Assembly: GCA_965223155.1 (NCBI GenBank)
Contig: CBDCVR010000015.1
Coordinates: 928,001-992,000, forward strand
Source of the DNA: Candidatus Multivoradales bacterium
Lineage (GTDB): Bacteria > Acidobacteriota > Thermoanaerobaculia > Multivoradales > JAHEKO01
Direction of reading: 5' to 3'
DNA: 64,000 nucleotides
The notes under the pieces are model-generated. The model saw nothing but the letters and a program-made list of their open reading frames with translations, searched no databases and was not told the origin of the DNA. A program made the translations under genes and the position numbers. Shown here one piece after another: positions 10,101-22,027 of this stretch (positions within the stretch are counted from its first letter, which is position 1; every line of letters begins with the position of its first letter).

Positions 10101-13100
10101 CGACGGTCGGGGTAACAAAGACGTCGGTCGCGGTCGGATCCGAGGCTTCGGCGGTCGCCGGGTCGTCCGAAATCACCGGCGCCAGCTCGGCACTGGCGAC
10201 GCTCGCCTGGTTCTGGATAGCCAATGCAAGAGCCGGGAACGGATCGTCGACGACCACCTGGAAGCTCACGGTCTGGGTGGCGCCGGCCGCGACCGAACCC
10301 ACTTGCACTTCGATCGGATCTTCGCTCGTGACGCTGCCGGCCGAGGTCTGAACCGAGCCCGCGACTAGAGCCGTGTTGAGCGGAGTCGTATCGGTGACGA
10401 CGACGGCGGTGGCGGCGGTGTTCCCCAGGTTCCGAAGAACGATGCAGTAGAGGATGGTGTCTCCGGGTGAGACCTGTCCATCCCCGTCCGCGTCCACCAG
10501 CAAGAGGCCGGTCTTCTCGACCACAAGATCCGGTGCGGCCGACACCGCGGTAACCGTCGGGTCGGCCGAGCCTCCGAGGTCTGGATCATCCGTCGGCACG
10601 AGCGGTAGCTCGATGCTGGTCACCTCGCCCTGATTCGAGATCTCGGCCACTCCGGCCGCTACGGGGTCGTCCACGACCACCTCGAAGAACACCGCCGCCG
10701 TTCCCATCCCGCCTAGGATCTCTCCCAAGGCGATCCGGACCGGATCCTCCGAATCGATCGAACCCTGGCTCGCGGAGATCGATCCCGGAACGAGGGTGGT
10801 GTGAGCCGGGATCGGGTCTTCGAGAACCACTCCGCTCGCCGCGGTATTACCGTTGTTCTTGATCTCGATGCCGTACCGGATCGTGTCGCCCGGACTCGGG
10901 ACGCCGTCGCCATCGGCATCGGCGGCAAGCGCGTCCACCTTCTCGGCCACGAGGTCGGGGAGCGCGACGACCGTCGTCACCGTGGGATCCGCATCTCCAC
11001 CCAGATCCGGGTCGTCGCTCAGGACCGCGGGCACCTCCGCCGAAGTCACAACTGCCTGATTGACCACCGCATCAAAGCCCGCGGGCACGGGATCGTCGAC
11101 GAGAACCCTGAAGGCCACGGTCGCGACCGCGCCGTTGGCCAGATCGCCGATGTTGACCGTCACCGGATTCTCGGAAACCACGATTCCCAAGTCCGACGTC
11201 ACCGAGCCGGCAACGATCCTGGTCCCCTGCGGCACCTGGTCGGTCAAAACGACGTTCGTCGCCAGGCCCCCCGCATTGGAAACCACGATCGAGTAAAGCA
11301 GCTCGTCTCCTGGGCTTGGGACGCCGTCTGAGTCGTTGTCGGCCGAGAGCTCGTCGACCTTGGTGACGCCGAGAACCGGCGCAGCCACATCGTCGTTCAG
11401 GATCGTCCCGGTCCCGGCGGCGAAGAAGATCGCGGCGTTGACCGGATTCGCGAGCACGAATCGAAAGCGCTCGTCGATCTCCACGTCCTCGTCACCAAAG
11501 ACGTCGATCGCGACGGTCTTCGAGGTCTCCCCCGGGGCGAACGTAAGACTGCCCGAGGCCGCCGCGTAGTCGATGCCGGCGCTTGCTTCCTCGTCGGCCG
11601 TCGCGTAGTCGACCGTCACCGTCAGCGAGCTGGGTGACGAGAGGCTCACGGTGAAGACAAACGAGGTCGTGCCCGAGTCGCCCTCCAGGGCTTCGACGTT
11701 CCCCACGAGGACCACCGGCAGGGCCTCCACGTCCCCGGTATCGGCGCCCACGTTATTCGACAGATCGGTATCGGTCTCCGCGGCCGACACCGTAGCCAGG
11801 TTCTGGACGCTCATCGGCGCGTCCGTTCCCACGGAAACCTCGAGGGTCAGGGCGGGAAGCGTTGCGCCCGCGCCGAGCGGCCCGGCATGCTCGCAGCTCA
11901 CGACTCCAGCGGCCTCCGTGCAGCTCCAGCCGGAGCCGAAGGCTCCGAGGAAGACCTGGCCCACGGGCAGCTGGTCCACAATCTGGACGGGACCGAGCGC
12001 CACGGCCGGCCCGAGATTGGCGACGTCCAACCGGTACTGAACCTGCTGGCCTTGGATCAAATCGCCAATCCTGGTCTTGGTGATCGCCAGATCCGCAGAG
12101 GCTTGGAGGATGGTGGTGTCCGTTGCCGTATTGTTGGCCGGGTCGGCATCGCCGCCCGCGACCGGCGAGACCGTCACGGTCGCATCCAGCGTGCCGCGCG
12201 CCTCCGGCGCGATCTCACCGAACACCGTCAGCACAACGCTCTGCCCTGTGTCGAGATCCAGACCCGACCAGACGCCGGTGCCCGGATCGAACGAGCCGAT
12301 CGACGGCACGTAGCCTGTCGCGGCCACAGCCGCGGGAACAAAATCCGTGAGAACCACCGAAGGAGCCAGCCCGGAACCGAAGTTCGTCACCACGACTTGG
12401 TACTGGGTCGAAGTACCCGCCAGAGCGATGTCGAGCCCGTCGTCGATCGCCACCGCGAGGTCCGGACTCACTTCCCTTCGGATCTTCTGGAACAGCGCTT
12501 CTTCGGCCTCGGGGACACTGTCCACAAGCACCACGAAACCTTCCGGGCCACCCGGCGGTTGCGGCCGGACGAACTCCTCGAACGTCTCCTCGAACGTCAT
12601 TGCCCGGGCGCCGACGCCAATCCCGTTGATGACGTCGATGCCCGCGGCGACGGCGTCGTCCGCCGCCAGCCCTACCGGCCCGCCAAAATCCTCCCCATCG
12701 GTCGAGATGTCCAGGATGCGCTTCTCGCTCGGCGGATGCGCCGTCATGATGGTCGAGGTCATGAGCCGGATGCAGGTGGCCACGGCCGTACCGCCGTCCG
12801 TCTGCGGAATCGAGCGCACGGCGTCGGCCAGGGCCTGCGCGTTGGCGTCCGTGACGATCACCGGCGCCAGATCGACCCTGGCGTAGGACTGGAACTGATA
12901 GACCGAGAGACGCAATGTCCCGTCTCTGGGGATCACCGTCGGGTCTTCGAGCGCCCGAGCCACGGCCTCCAGTTGCAACTGCCACTGCTGCGCGGTGATG
13001 CTTCCGGAGGCATCGAAACAGATGCCGAGATCCACCTTCGGGCCGTCGTCGTTGACGATCTCCACCTCGGCCGAGGACCCGGCGATCGGCGCGCCCGCGG

Positions 13101-16100
13101 GCTCCGCCAACGTGACCGCGAACACTTCGTCGGGCTCGCCTACGAGATCGCCGACGACCTCGGCCGGAACGTCGACTCGCTCCTGCCCCGCGGGCACGGT
13201 GACCAGGGTCGTAGTGGCGACGAAGTCCGAGCCCGCGATCGCGGTCCCGCCTTGGGTGGCGAAGGTCACGTCGACCGGGGCCGGCGCGGCGCACGAAGCT
13301 CGGACGGGAACGTTTGTCGTCGTGAGACCAGTGTCACCTTCGAGAGTACGGCCGCCATCGACCGAGAGCGTCACCCGCCCCTTGATGCGCAGCGCCAGGG
13401 CGTCGAACCGGCAGCCGCTGAATGTGGGGTCGCCCGAGCACTGGAGCCGCACGCGCGCCGTCCGGGTGCCGGCCGGCGCAAGACGCTCGTCGGCGACCGG
13501 CGTCCAGACACTCGCGTTCCCGGTCTGGGCGCCGGTATCGAAAGCGTCGAGGAGCACTCCCGCGCCGTCCAGGTACTCGACCAGAATGCGGTAGGCGTGG
13601 GGCGGCGACTCGTAGCTGGTGCCAAATGCCCCGGCAAACGCCATCGTCAAGGCTCCGGCATCGGCCAATGCCGCATAGGCGGCCAGATCCACGTCCTGCG
13701 CGAGCTCCGGCACTCCGGCCTGGCCGCCATCGAGGAATGACAAACCGCCGTAGGGCACCGGGCCGAAGGTCACGGCATCCGGCTGCGCCCAGCTGCCCGC
13801 GGTCACGTCCCAACCCAAGATCGTGCCGCCGTCGAGCGGCTCCTCGCCGCTCCCGTTGACGAGGAGGTTGGCGCTCAAGCACGAGCCGTCGTCGTCGTCG
13901 TCCTCGATCCGAACCATCGAAAGCGCCGTCCTGAGTACCGCGTTGACCGGGGCGTCCCAGCGCACCAGAAACTCTTCCGGAACCTCGTCCAGGGTGTCCC
14001 CGACGACCGTCAGGTCGAGGGTCTTGACCGTCTCGCCGGGAGCAAACGTTAGAGTCCCGGCCGCCGCCACGAAGTCTTCGACCGCGCGAGCGGTTCCGTT
14101 CCACGTCTGATAGTCGACCGACACGGTCTGGTACTCGGCCGCGCTGAGCTCGACCGTCAGGGTCGCGGTCACACTGCCGGCGTCGCCCTCGACGACCTCG
14201 AGGAATTCGGTCACGGCGATGCTCGGCATCGGCTCGTCGTCCAGGATCCTGCCCTCGCCCTGCCCGTCGAGGATGACGGCGTTGTGCGGCGACGGAGCGC
14301 TCAGATCCACGAAAAAGGTCTTGATCGGACCCGGCTCGAGATTGCCGAAGACGGCCACCTCGACCGTGGTCGCGATCTCGCCGGCGAGAATCTGGGCCGT
14401 ACCCGAGGCCGCCTCGTAGTCGAGCCCGGCGATCGCGGTGCCGTCCGCGGTTGCCCAGGCGACCTCGACGTCGTGGACCACCGGAGAGGCAATCGAGATC
14501 TCGAAGATGGCGAGGTTGGTTCCCGAGTCGCCCTCCACGACCGGAGCATCGGCAATCGAGATCTGGACCGGGAGATCGTCATCTCTGATGGTCCCGGTCG
14601 CGGAGCCATCCCCGAGCGCGGCGTTCGCCGGCGCGGACAGAACCACTTCTAAGGTCTCATCGCCCTCGCCCGCCAGATCCGCCAGGACCTCGACCGGAAT
14701 CGTGCTCGCAGTTTCGCCAGCAGCAAAGACCAGAACGCCTGACGTGGCAACGTAGTCGCTGCCCGCGGTCGCCGTGCCATCTACGGTTGCGAACTCCACC
14801 ACCACCACTTCGCCGGTCGTGTTCGTGTGAACGACCGGAAACTCCAGGAAGATCGAACCGCTGTTGCCTTCCACCGCCTCGGCGTCGCCGATGCTCATCA
14901 GGGCCCCATCGTCGTCCTGAATCGTTACCACTCCTTCGCCGTCGCCGACGCCCACCAAGGTCGAGGAGGTCGCGATCTCGACTTGAAAGGTCTCACCCAA
15001 CTCCGCCAGGAGATCGTCCACGATGCCGACCGCAATCGTCGCATCCGTCTCCCCGGGGGCGAGCGTGATCGTTCCCGCCGCGGGCAGAAAATCACTTCCC
15101 TCGAGCGCGGTGCCGGGCACGCTCTGGTAGTCCACAACGACCGGCACCGACACCGGCGCGGAGAGCGAGACCTGCAGATCGACGCTGCCGTCTCCCTCAA
15201 CCACCGCCGCGTCCCCGACCGACAGGAAGACTCCGTCCTCGTTGCGCGTCACCACCTCGTTGGTCTCGGCCGTCGCGCCGATCAGGGGGCCATTGTCCGC
15301 CTCTCGATAGCGATAGCTCCAGGCGGCACGGTTGCGGAACTCGCCGTACCAAACCGATCCTGTCGAGTCCAAGACCTCAACGTCGAACTCGACCAGCACC
15401 AGGGCTCCGGCCGGGATGGCGCCGATCGCGACGCCCGCGGCGGGATCGGCCCCGGCCACTGGCACGCCGTTGACCCGAAACGAACCCGGCACAAACACCG
15501 TCCCCGGCGGCGGCGGGTCGGCAAAGACCACATCTTCGGCGCTCGAGGCGCCTTGATTGAAGAGTTCGACCGTGTACCCGAGCAGCTCGCCCTCCTGCAC
15601 AAAGACCTTGTCCACGGTCTTTGCCGGATCCGGGAAGGCGGCTCCGGCCGCCTCGATCTCGAACGCCAGGACATTGGGATAGTCGGCTCCGGCGCAGGAC
15701 CCATAGATCCAGGCCTCGGACAGGCCCGGCGCGAGCGCGTGGCTGGCGTCAACCTCGGTGATGTCCCACCCTTGCCTGGCGCCGGCAACCGGCGCGCCGG
15801 GCGCGTGGTTGAGCGAACCGAAGGTGCCGCGGCTGTCGAGCTGCCCGGCGCCGTCGTTGATCTGGGACGACCAGAAGAGGCCGGCGGGATTGTTGGGGCC
15901 GGAAAGCTCGAAGAACGGCCGGTTGGGCGAGTTGCCGGGGTCTTCGGGGAACAGACGCACTCGCGTTGCGTCAAGCGGATCGCCATCGCCCGCCGAGATC
16001 GCGATCCTGCCGGCCAGGGGACGAAGGCCCGGGGTGTGAAGATCGATCGGCTCGCTGAGCGTACTTTGGTTCGTACAGGTCGCAAGGCCGGTAATGATGG

Positions 16101-19100
16101 ACAGATTCCGGACAGGATCGGCCGGATCGGCGTAGGCCACCGCCAGGGTCCAGCCCGCGTGTCTCTCATTGAGCGTCGGGCTCAACACCGAATAGACGCC
16201 CTCGACTTCGTACTCGCCGCCGTGCTTGCCGGCGACGAAATCCGTGACGTCGGCCGTGCGCATGTAGGCGCGCACCCAGCTGTGGCGCCCGGTTGCCGGG
16301 TCCGGGGCTACGAGAACCGACTCGCCGTCGGGAGCGATCAAGCGCACCGGCGTGTCGCGGCCCGGATCGGTCTCGAGCGCCGATCCGGCCCACACCAGCT
16401 CGGCGTAGAGAACGCTTGCTCCCGCGGGCAGATCCAGGACAGCAGCCGACGAGTTCTGCGTCCAGTCCTGAGTCGTTCCCGGAGGGTACGTTCCCACCTG
16501 TTGAGCGGTATCGGTCGTGGTGAAGACACCGATCGCGCCTTCGGTCCCGGCTCGGTGTCGGTGCCCCGAGCAAGACCCAGCGTGTTTCCAGTGAGCACGA
16601 CCCCACCCCGCGTGGTGGTCGCGTAGCGCCGGATGAAGCGATCATCCTCGAACAGGCTGCCCAGGGCCTGGGTGTCGCCACCGATCACGGCGAGCGGCGA
16701 GACCGGGGCGATGTCCACCGTGAACTGCGACCAGCTGGAACCCACGGGGTCTCCGTCCCATAGCTCGTCGCCGATGGTCTGGATCGTGATGGTTCCTTCG
16801 GTCTGGCCGGCCGGGATCACAATCTGGCCGGAACGAGCGACGTAGTCGAAGCCGGCGAGCGCGGTCAGGTCGCCGGTCCAGAAATCGACGGCAACGTCGG
16901 AGTAGACAACCGGTTTCGACAGGGACACCACGAAGTCCAGGTCGTGGAGTCCCCGGTCGAACTCCCGCCGCGACGCGTTGGCGATCGACACCGTCACGTC
17001 GCCGTCGTCGTCCTCGATCGTTGCCGCCGCGAAGTCTCCTCCAAATCCATTCCGAAAGCCCGCGCCGATCGCGTTGTTGACGTTGAGCCGGAAGCCTTCG
17101 GCCTCTTCGTCCTCGAGGTCTCCCAAGATCTGTACGGCCACGTCGGCGGTAAGCGCGCCAGCCGGAATCGTCAGGGTTCCGGTGGTCGCGACGTAGTCGA
17201 CTCCCGCCGTGGCGAAATCGAGCGGCTCGTTGCCCAGCGGTGCCGTCGCGAAATCGGCGGTCACATCGACGGACGCGGGCCGGTCCAGATAGACGGTGAA
17301 GAAGAGATTCCTGGTGCCCACGTCACCTTCCACGACCCGGGCCGGTGCTATGTCCAGCAATGCCTCCTCGCCGTCGGCGAGCACCACGACCCGCCCGCGT
17401 GCCAGGCCGATCGAGGTACCCACGGGGCCCGCCAGATCCAGGTAGAACTCCTCCTGTGCCGGCTCGTAGGAGGTGTCGTCCACCACCGGGACGGCGATCT
17501 CCTGGAAGGTCTCCCCGGGCGCGAACGTGACCGTCCCCGAGACCGCCGTGTAGTCCGAGGGGGCGACCGCCGTGCCGTCGGCCGTGGCATAGCCCACCGA
17601 AACCGTCGAGGTGGACGCACAGGACAACTTGACCGGAACGTTGGCTACCGCGTTCTCTTCGAAGACCGCGACCTCGCCCGCCGAGACCGTCGACGTGCCG
17701 ACCGCCCGGAGCGTCAGGGCGTCGTACAGAGCCGAGTGAAAGGCACCAATCGGCACCGCGCTGACCAGCCGGACGCGGAGGACCTCGGTGCCGGCAGGGG
17801 CGGACCTAATATCGACGACCTGCTCCCAGGCGAAGGGGTTGACGCTGTCGCTCGAATCGAAGGAGTCGAGAACCGTGCCGGAGCCATCTCGATACTCGAG
17901 AACGATCCGTGAAGCATCGTCTTCCAACGCCCGGACAAAGCCCTCGAAGAAAAAGGACACCGCGCCGGCATCGATGTCGGCCGAAAGCGCCGAGACGTCA
18001 ACGTCTTGAGCGAGCTCATGCGCCACGGCACCACCGATGGTCAAGATCGAGACGCCTCCCTCGACCGGCAGCGGACTGTTGCCGGTACGCTGGCCCCAGT
18101 TACCCAGGACTTCGGTCCAGCCGATCAGGTTCTGGGCTCCGAAGTTCTCCCGCTCCTCGCCGCCGCCGTTCTCGAACAGGTTGGCACCGACGCACGCGGC
18201 GTCGTCCTCGACCACGGTCACGAAGCCGATCGCTTCGGCCGGGTAGACCACCGCGTTTGTGACCGCCACGATCCGCACCGCGATGGCCTCGTCCCCTTCG
18301 GGCAGGCCGTCGCCCAGAACCTCGACCGGAATCGTCGTGCTCGAAGCGCCGGCTGGAATCGATACCCTGCCCTCCGCGGCAACAAAGTCCAGCCCGGCGT
18401 AGGCGGAGCCGTTGGTCAAGACCTCGTAGTCAACCACGACCGGAAGCGCGGCGGGCCCGGTAAGCGTGACCGGCAGCTGGGCGATGGTCGAGCCCACGTT
18501 GCCCTCGGCCACCGCGACCTCGCCGGCCACGACCCGGACCAGAGCGTCGTCGTTCTGAATCGTGCCGCGGGCCGCCAGGGTCCCGAGAGTGACGTTGTGC
18601 GGATCAAAGAGCTCGAGGTCGAAGAACTCGTCGCCCTCGGCGATCCCGTCTCCCACGATCTCGACTTGGATCGTCCCAGCCGCGCTGCCCGCGGGAATCG
18701 TCAATGTCCCGGCCGTGGCCACGTAGTCGGAGCCCGAAGCCAAGGCCGAACCGTCGCGGGTCGCATAGTCCGCGGCGACGTCGAACGGAAAGGTCGTATC
18801 GAGAGACGCGGCAAAAACGGCCATTGTCGTGCCGGCATCACCTTCCGCCACGGTGACGTCGGCCACCGTCAGCACCGGCGCCGACCGATCCACGATGGTC
18901 CCGGTCAGCACGGGGGTGGCGACGACCATCTCGGCGGTTCCCGTCAGGTCGACCGTGAAGGATTCGTCGATCTCGGTCTCAACGTCCGCCAGAACCGGCA
19001 CGGTGACCTGCTCGCTGACAGATCCCGCCGGAAAGAGGACGCTGCCGGCCGACGCGGTGTAATCAACACCAGCGGCGGCGGTGCCGTCCGTCGTTGCGTA

Positions 19101-21824
19101 GTTGACGGTGACGTCGTCGGCGAAGGCACAGGTGAGATTCAGGGTGAAGACCGCGTCCACCGGCACGCCATCACCCTCCACCACGCGGACGCCGTCTCCG
19201 CTCAGGCCGGCCCGCTTGCCCGGGCGCAGGACGAATCCGTCGTAATAGGTGTCGTTCGATCCACCTTCGAGATGCCGGCTCACCAGGCGCAGGCGGGCCC
19301 ATCGCGTGCCTACCGGGGCGATGCCCCGCTCCGTGACTTCCTGCCAGGCCGCCGTGGACGCGATCTCACCCGAATCGAAGGCTCCGAGCACAGCCGCATT
19401 GGCGGCATCCCGGTACTCGAGGATCACCCGGGTGCTGTCGGCGGGCGCAGTGCTCGCCGAGACCACCCAACCCGCGAGTTCGAGAGCCTGCCCGCCGGCG
19501 TCGATGGCCTGCGCGTAGGCGGAGAGATCCAAGTCCTGGAAGATCTCGGCGTCACCGGCGCCGGCGGTTCGCGCCACCCAGGAGCCGGCAACGGCCCCGA
19601 AGGGCGGCGAGGTCGTCGTCGACCAGGATCCCGAGGCGACGGTCCAGTCCGCGGGTAGCGTCGTCGCCTCGAAGCTTCCCGAGGTCACTAGATCTCCTCC
19701 GTAGCACGCACCGCCGGGCAGGTCGTCATCGCGCACCACCACCGCCGCCTCGCTCCGGTCCAGGCTCGCGTTGACGACGTTCGAGAAGCTCACTTCGAAG
19801 CTCTCGTCGCCTTCCTCCAGAACGTCGCCTTCGACCGCGATCGCGAGCACGGCGGAAACCGAGCCCGCCGGGATGATCAGGGTGCCCGCGGCGGCAACGA
19901 AATCCTCGGGCGCCGTCGCGCTTCCGGCCACCGTCGCGTAGTCGACCGAGACCGGCAGGTGCGAAGCAAACGCCAGTGACAGCTCGACCGCTCCCTGAAC
20001 GGTTCCTTGATCGCCTTCCGCCACGACCGCATCCGCTACGAACAGCACCGGAGGATCGTCGTTGTTGAGAATCGTGCCCTCGCCCTCACCGTCCGCCAGG
20101 ACTGCGCCCACCGGACTCAAGAGCACCACCCGAAACGTCTCGGGGGGCTCGCTCGCCGAGTCGCCGACGACCTGGACCACCAGCGTCTTCGCAACGACGC
20201 CGGGCTCGAAGTCGAGGACGCCGGACGCCGCCAGGTAGTCGGAGCCGGCCGTCGCCGTGCCGTCCGTGGTCGCAAACGCCACCGAAATCGGATCCAGGGA
20301 CGGCTCGGACAACGTCACGACAAAGACCGCGTCAACCGAGCCCAAGTCGCTCTCGGTCACGACCACGTCGCCGACACTCAGAGTCGGCGGCGTATCGTCG
20401 TCCAGAATCGTCGCCGACGCCTGCGAGCGCTCGATCGTCGCGTTGGCCGCCGCGGAGAGATCAAGGAAGAAGGTCTCGTCGTCTTCGATTGCGGTCTCGC
20501 CGGAGACCACGACGGCAACCTCCCGCACCGTCTCACCGGGAGCGAAGGTCAAGGTGCCAGCCGCGGCGGTGTAGTCCGAGCCGGCAGTGGCGCTGCCGTC
20601 CGAGGTCGCGAAATCGACCGTCACAGTGGCCGTCGTCGCGTGCGAGAGCTCGACCAGAAACAGCGCCTCGACCGTGCCGGCATCGCCCTCGACGAGCTCG
20701 ACGTCGGCGACACCAAGAGCCGGCGAGCCGGACACCGCCGTGCAGATCTCGAGCGCCACGTCATCGACAAAGAAGTTCGAGTGCGCCGGCGCCCCACCGG
20801 TCACGGCCTCGATGCGCACCGTGTGCGACAGGCCGTCGGCGAAGGCGGACAGATTGACTTCGACACGCCGGTAGCCGGCTCGGTACGTGATCTCGTCCGC
20901 GTTGACGGTGCGCACCGGCTGCCCATCGACCAAGACGTTCAAGACATCGGCGCCGTTGCCACTCGCCCGCGGAATCCAGAGGGAAAACGACAGCGAAGCG
21001 ATGCCCGCATCGAACACCATCGACTGCTCGACACTCGACACTTCCGAGCCGGTATCCGAGCCTCCCAAGAAGGCCCAGCCGTCGCCGCTGCGCGCCCCTC
21101 CAAAGCCGCAGGTCGCGGCCGTGCAGATCGGACTTCCGAACAGAGTCGAGCCCTCCGTCCAGGCGCCGCTCGGGCTGCCGGTCTCGAAGCCGCCGTCTTG
21201 GACCCGATCGGTGATCGGCGCCACCGAACAGGCCGGCGCGGCGTCACACAGGAGCCGAACGTCGTCTACCTGCGCGTACCAGCCGAAGGCCTCCGGATCG
21301 GGATCGGCGTAGCGCCAGCGTAAGCGGACGTCGGCCGCTCCGGCGAAGGCCGTCAGGTCCACCTCGGCCGCCTCTCCGGGCAGCGCGCGCATGCCGCCCA
21401 GGTCCGCGCTCCCGGCGGCAACCGCCGCCCAGGAGACACCGGCATCGACGCTCGCTTCGAGCGCCAGAGCATCCGAGCCGGCGAAGCTTTGGTAGTTGAC
21501 CCGGTAGCGCAAGAGCGCCGAGCCGGCCGTGGAAAGATCGAGAGCGGGAGTCGCCAGTACCGCGTCGAAGGCTCCGGGTCCGGCCAGATCGCTCGACACG
21601 CAGGCGCTGTCTCCGCCGCCGCCGGTGTAGTTGAAGCTCTCGCCGCAGCCCGAGCGATCACCCCAGCTCAGGGTCCCGAGCTCCGAGGACGTCGTCCAGC
21701 CCGCCGGCAGGCCGCCCTCGAAAGCGACCGGAGCGCCGTTGCACTCGAGTGTCGCTGCCGCCGGTCCGGCGGCCAGAGTTGCCACCGCCGTCAACAGCAG
21801 ACTGGCGAGAAGGCACCTACTCAC
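7162..21824 (-). CDS. Giant secreted Calx-beta/DUF11/vWA adhesin-like protein (~4,890 aa), interrupted by a 1-nt frameshift at ~16545 (ORFs 16338-22001 and 7162-16497)
   Basis: Signal peptide from GTG 21824 (VSRCLLASLLLTAVATLAAGPAAA). By eye ~22 Calx-beta repeats (VxEGD..VDYAT.DGTA.AG.DY..I.DDD), ~6 DUF11-like repeats, one vWA with DASGS, and four related carbohydrate-binding-like modules. Motif continuity across the shift. Confidence 0.85.
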
Positions 21825-21977
21825 GCGGTCACGACCGCGGACTTCATGACTCGCTATCGCGCCGCTACCGGCCGATCGAGCCACCACGCTGCCAACCAAT
21901 TCCCATGAGATTCTGAACCCTTCGAACGTCCGAATCGCCGAGCGATTCCAACGAAAGTCGAAATGAGAAGCTACCGC

Positions 21978-21987
21978 ATGGTAACAT
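21978..21987. promoter_or_regulatory. Candidate overlapping extended -10 elements (TGnTAACAT on +, TGnTACCAT on -) between the adhesin and RHS1
   Basis: ATGGTAACAT in the AT-richer divergent intergenic region; motif match only. Confidence 0.3.
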
Positions 21988-22027
21988 ATTCGCAGCTTCA
22001 CTCACGACGGACGATAGGGGATGCTGG

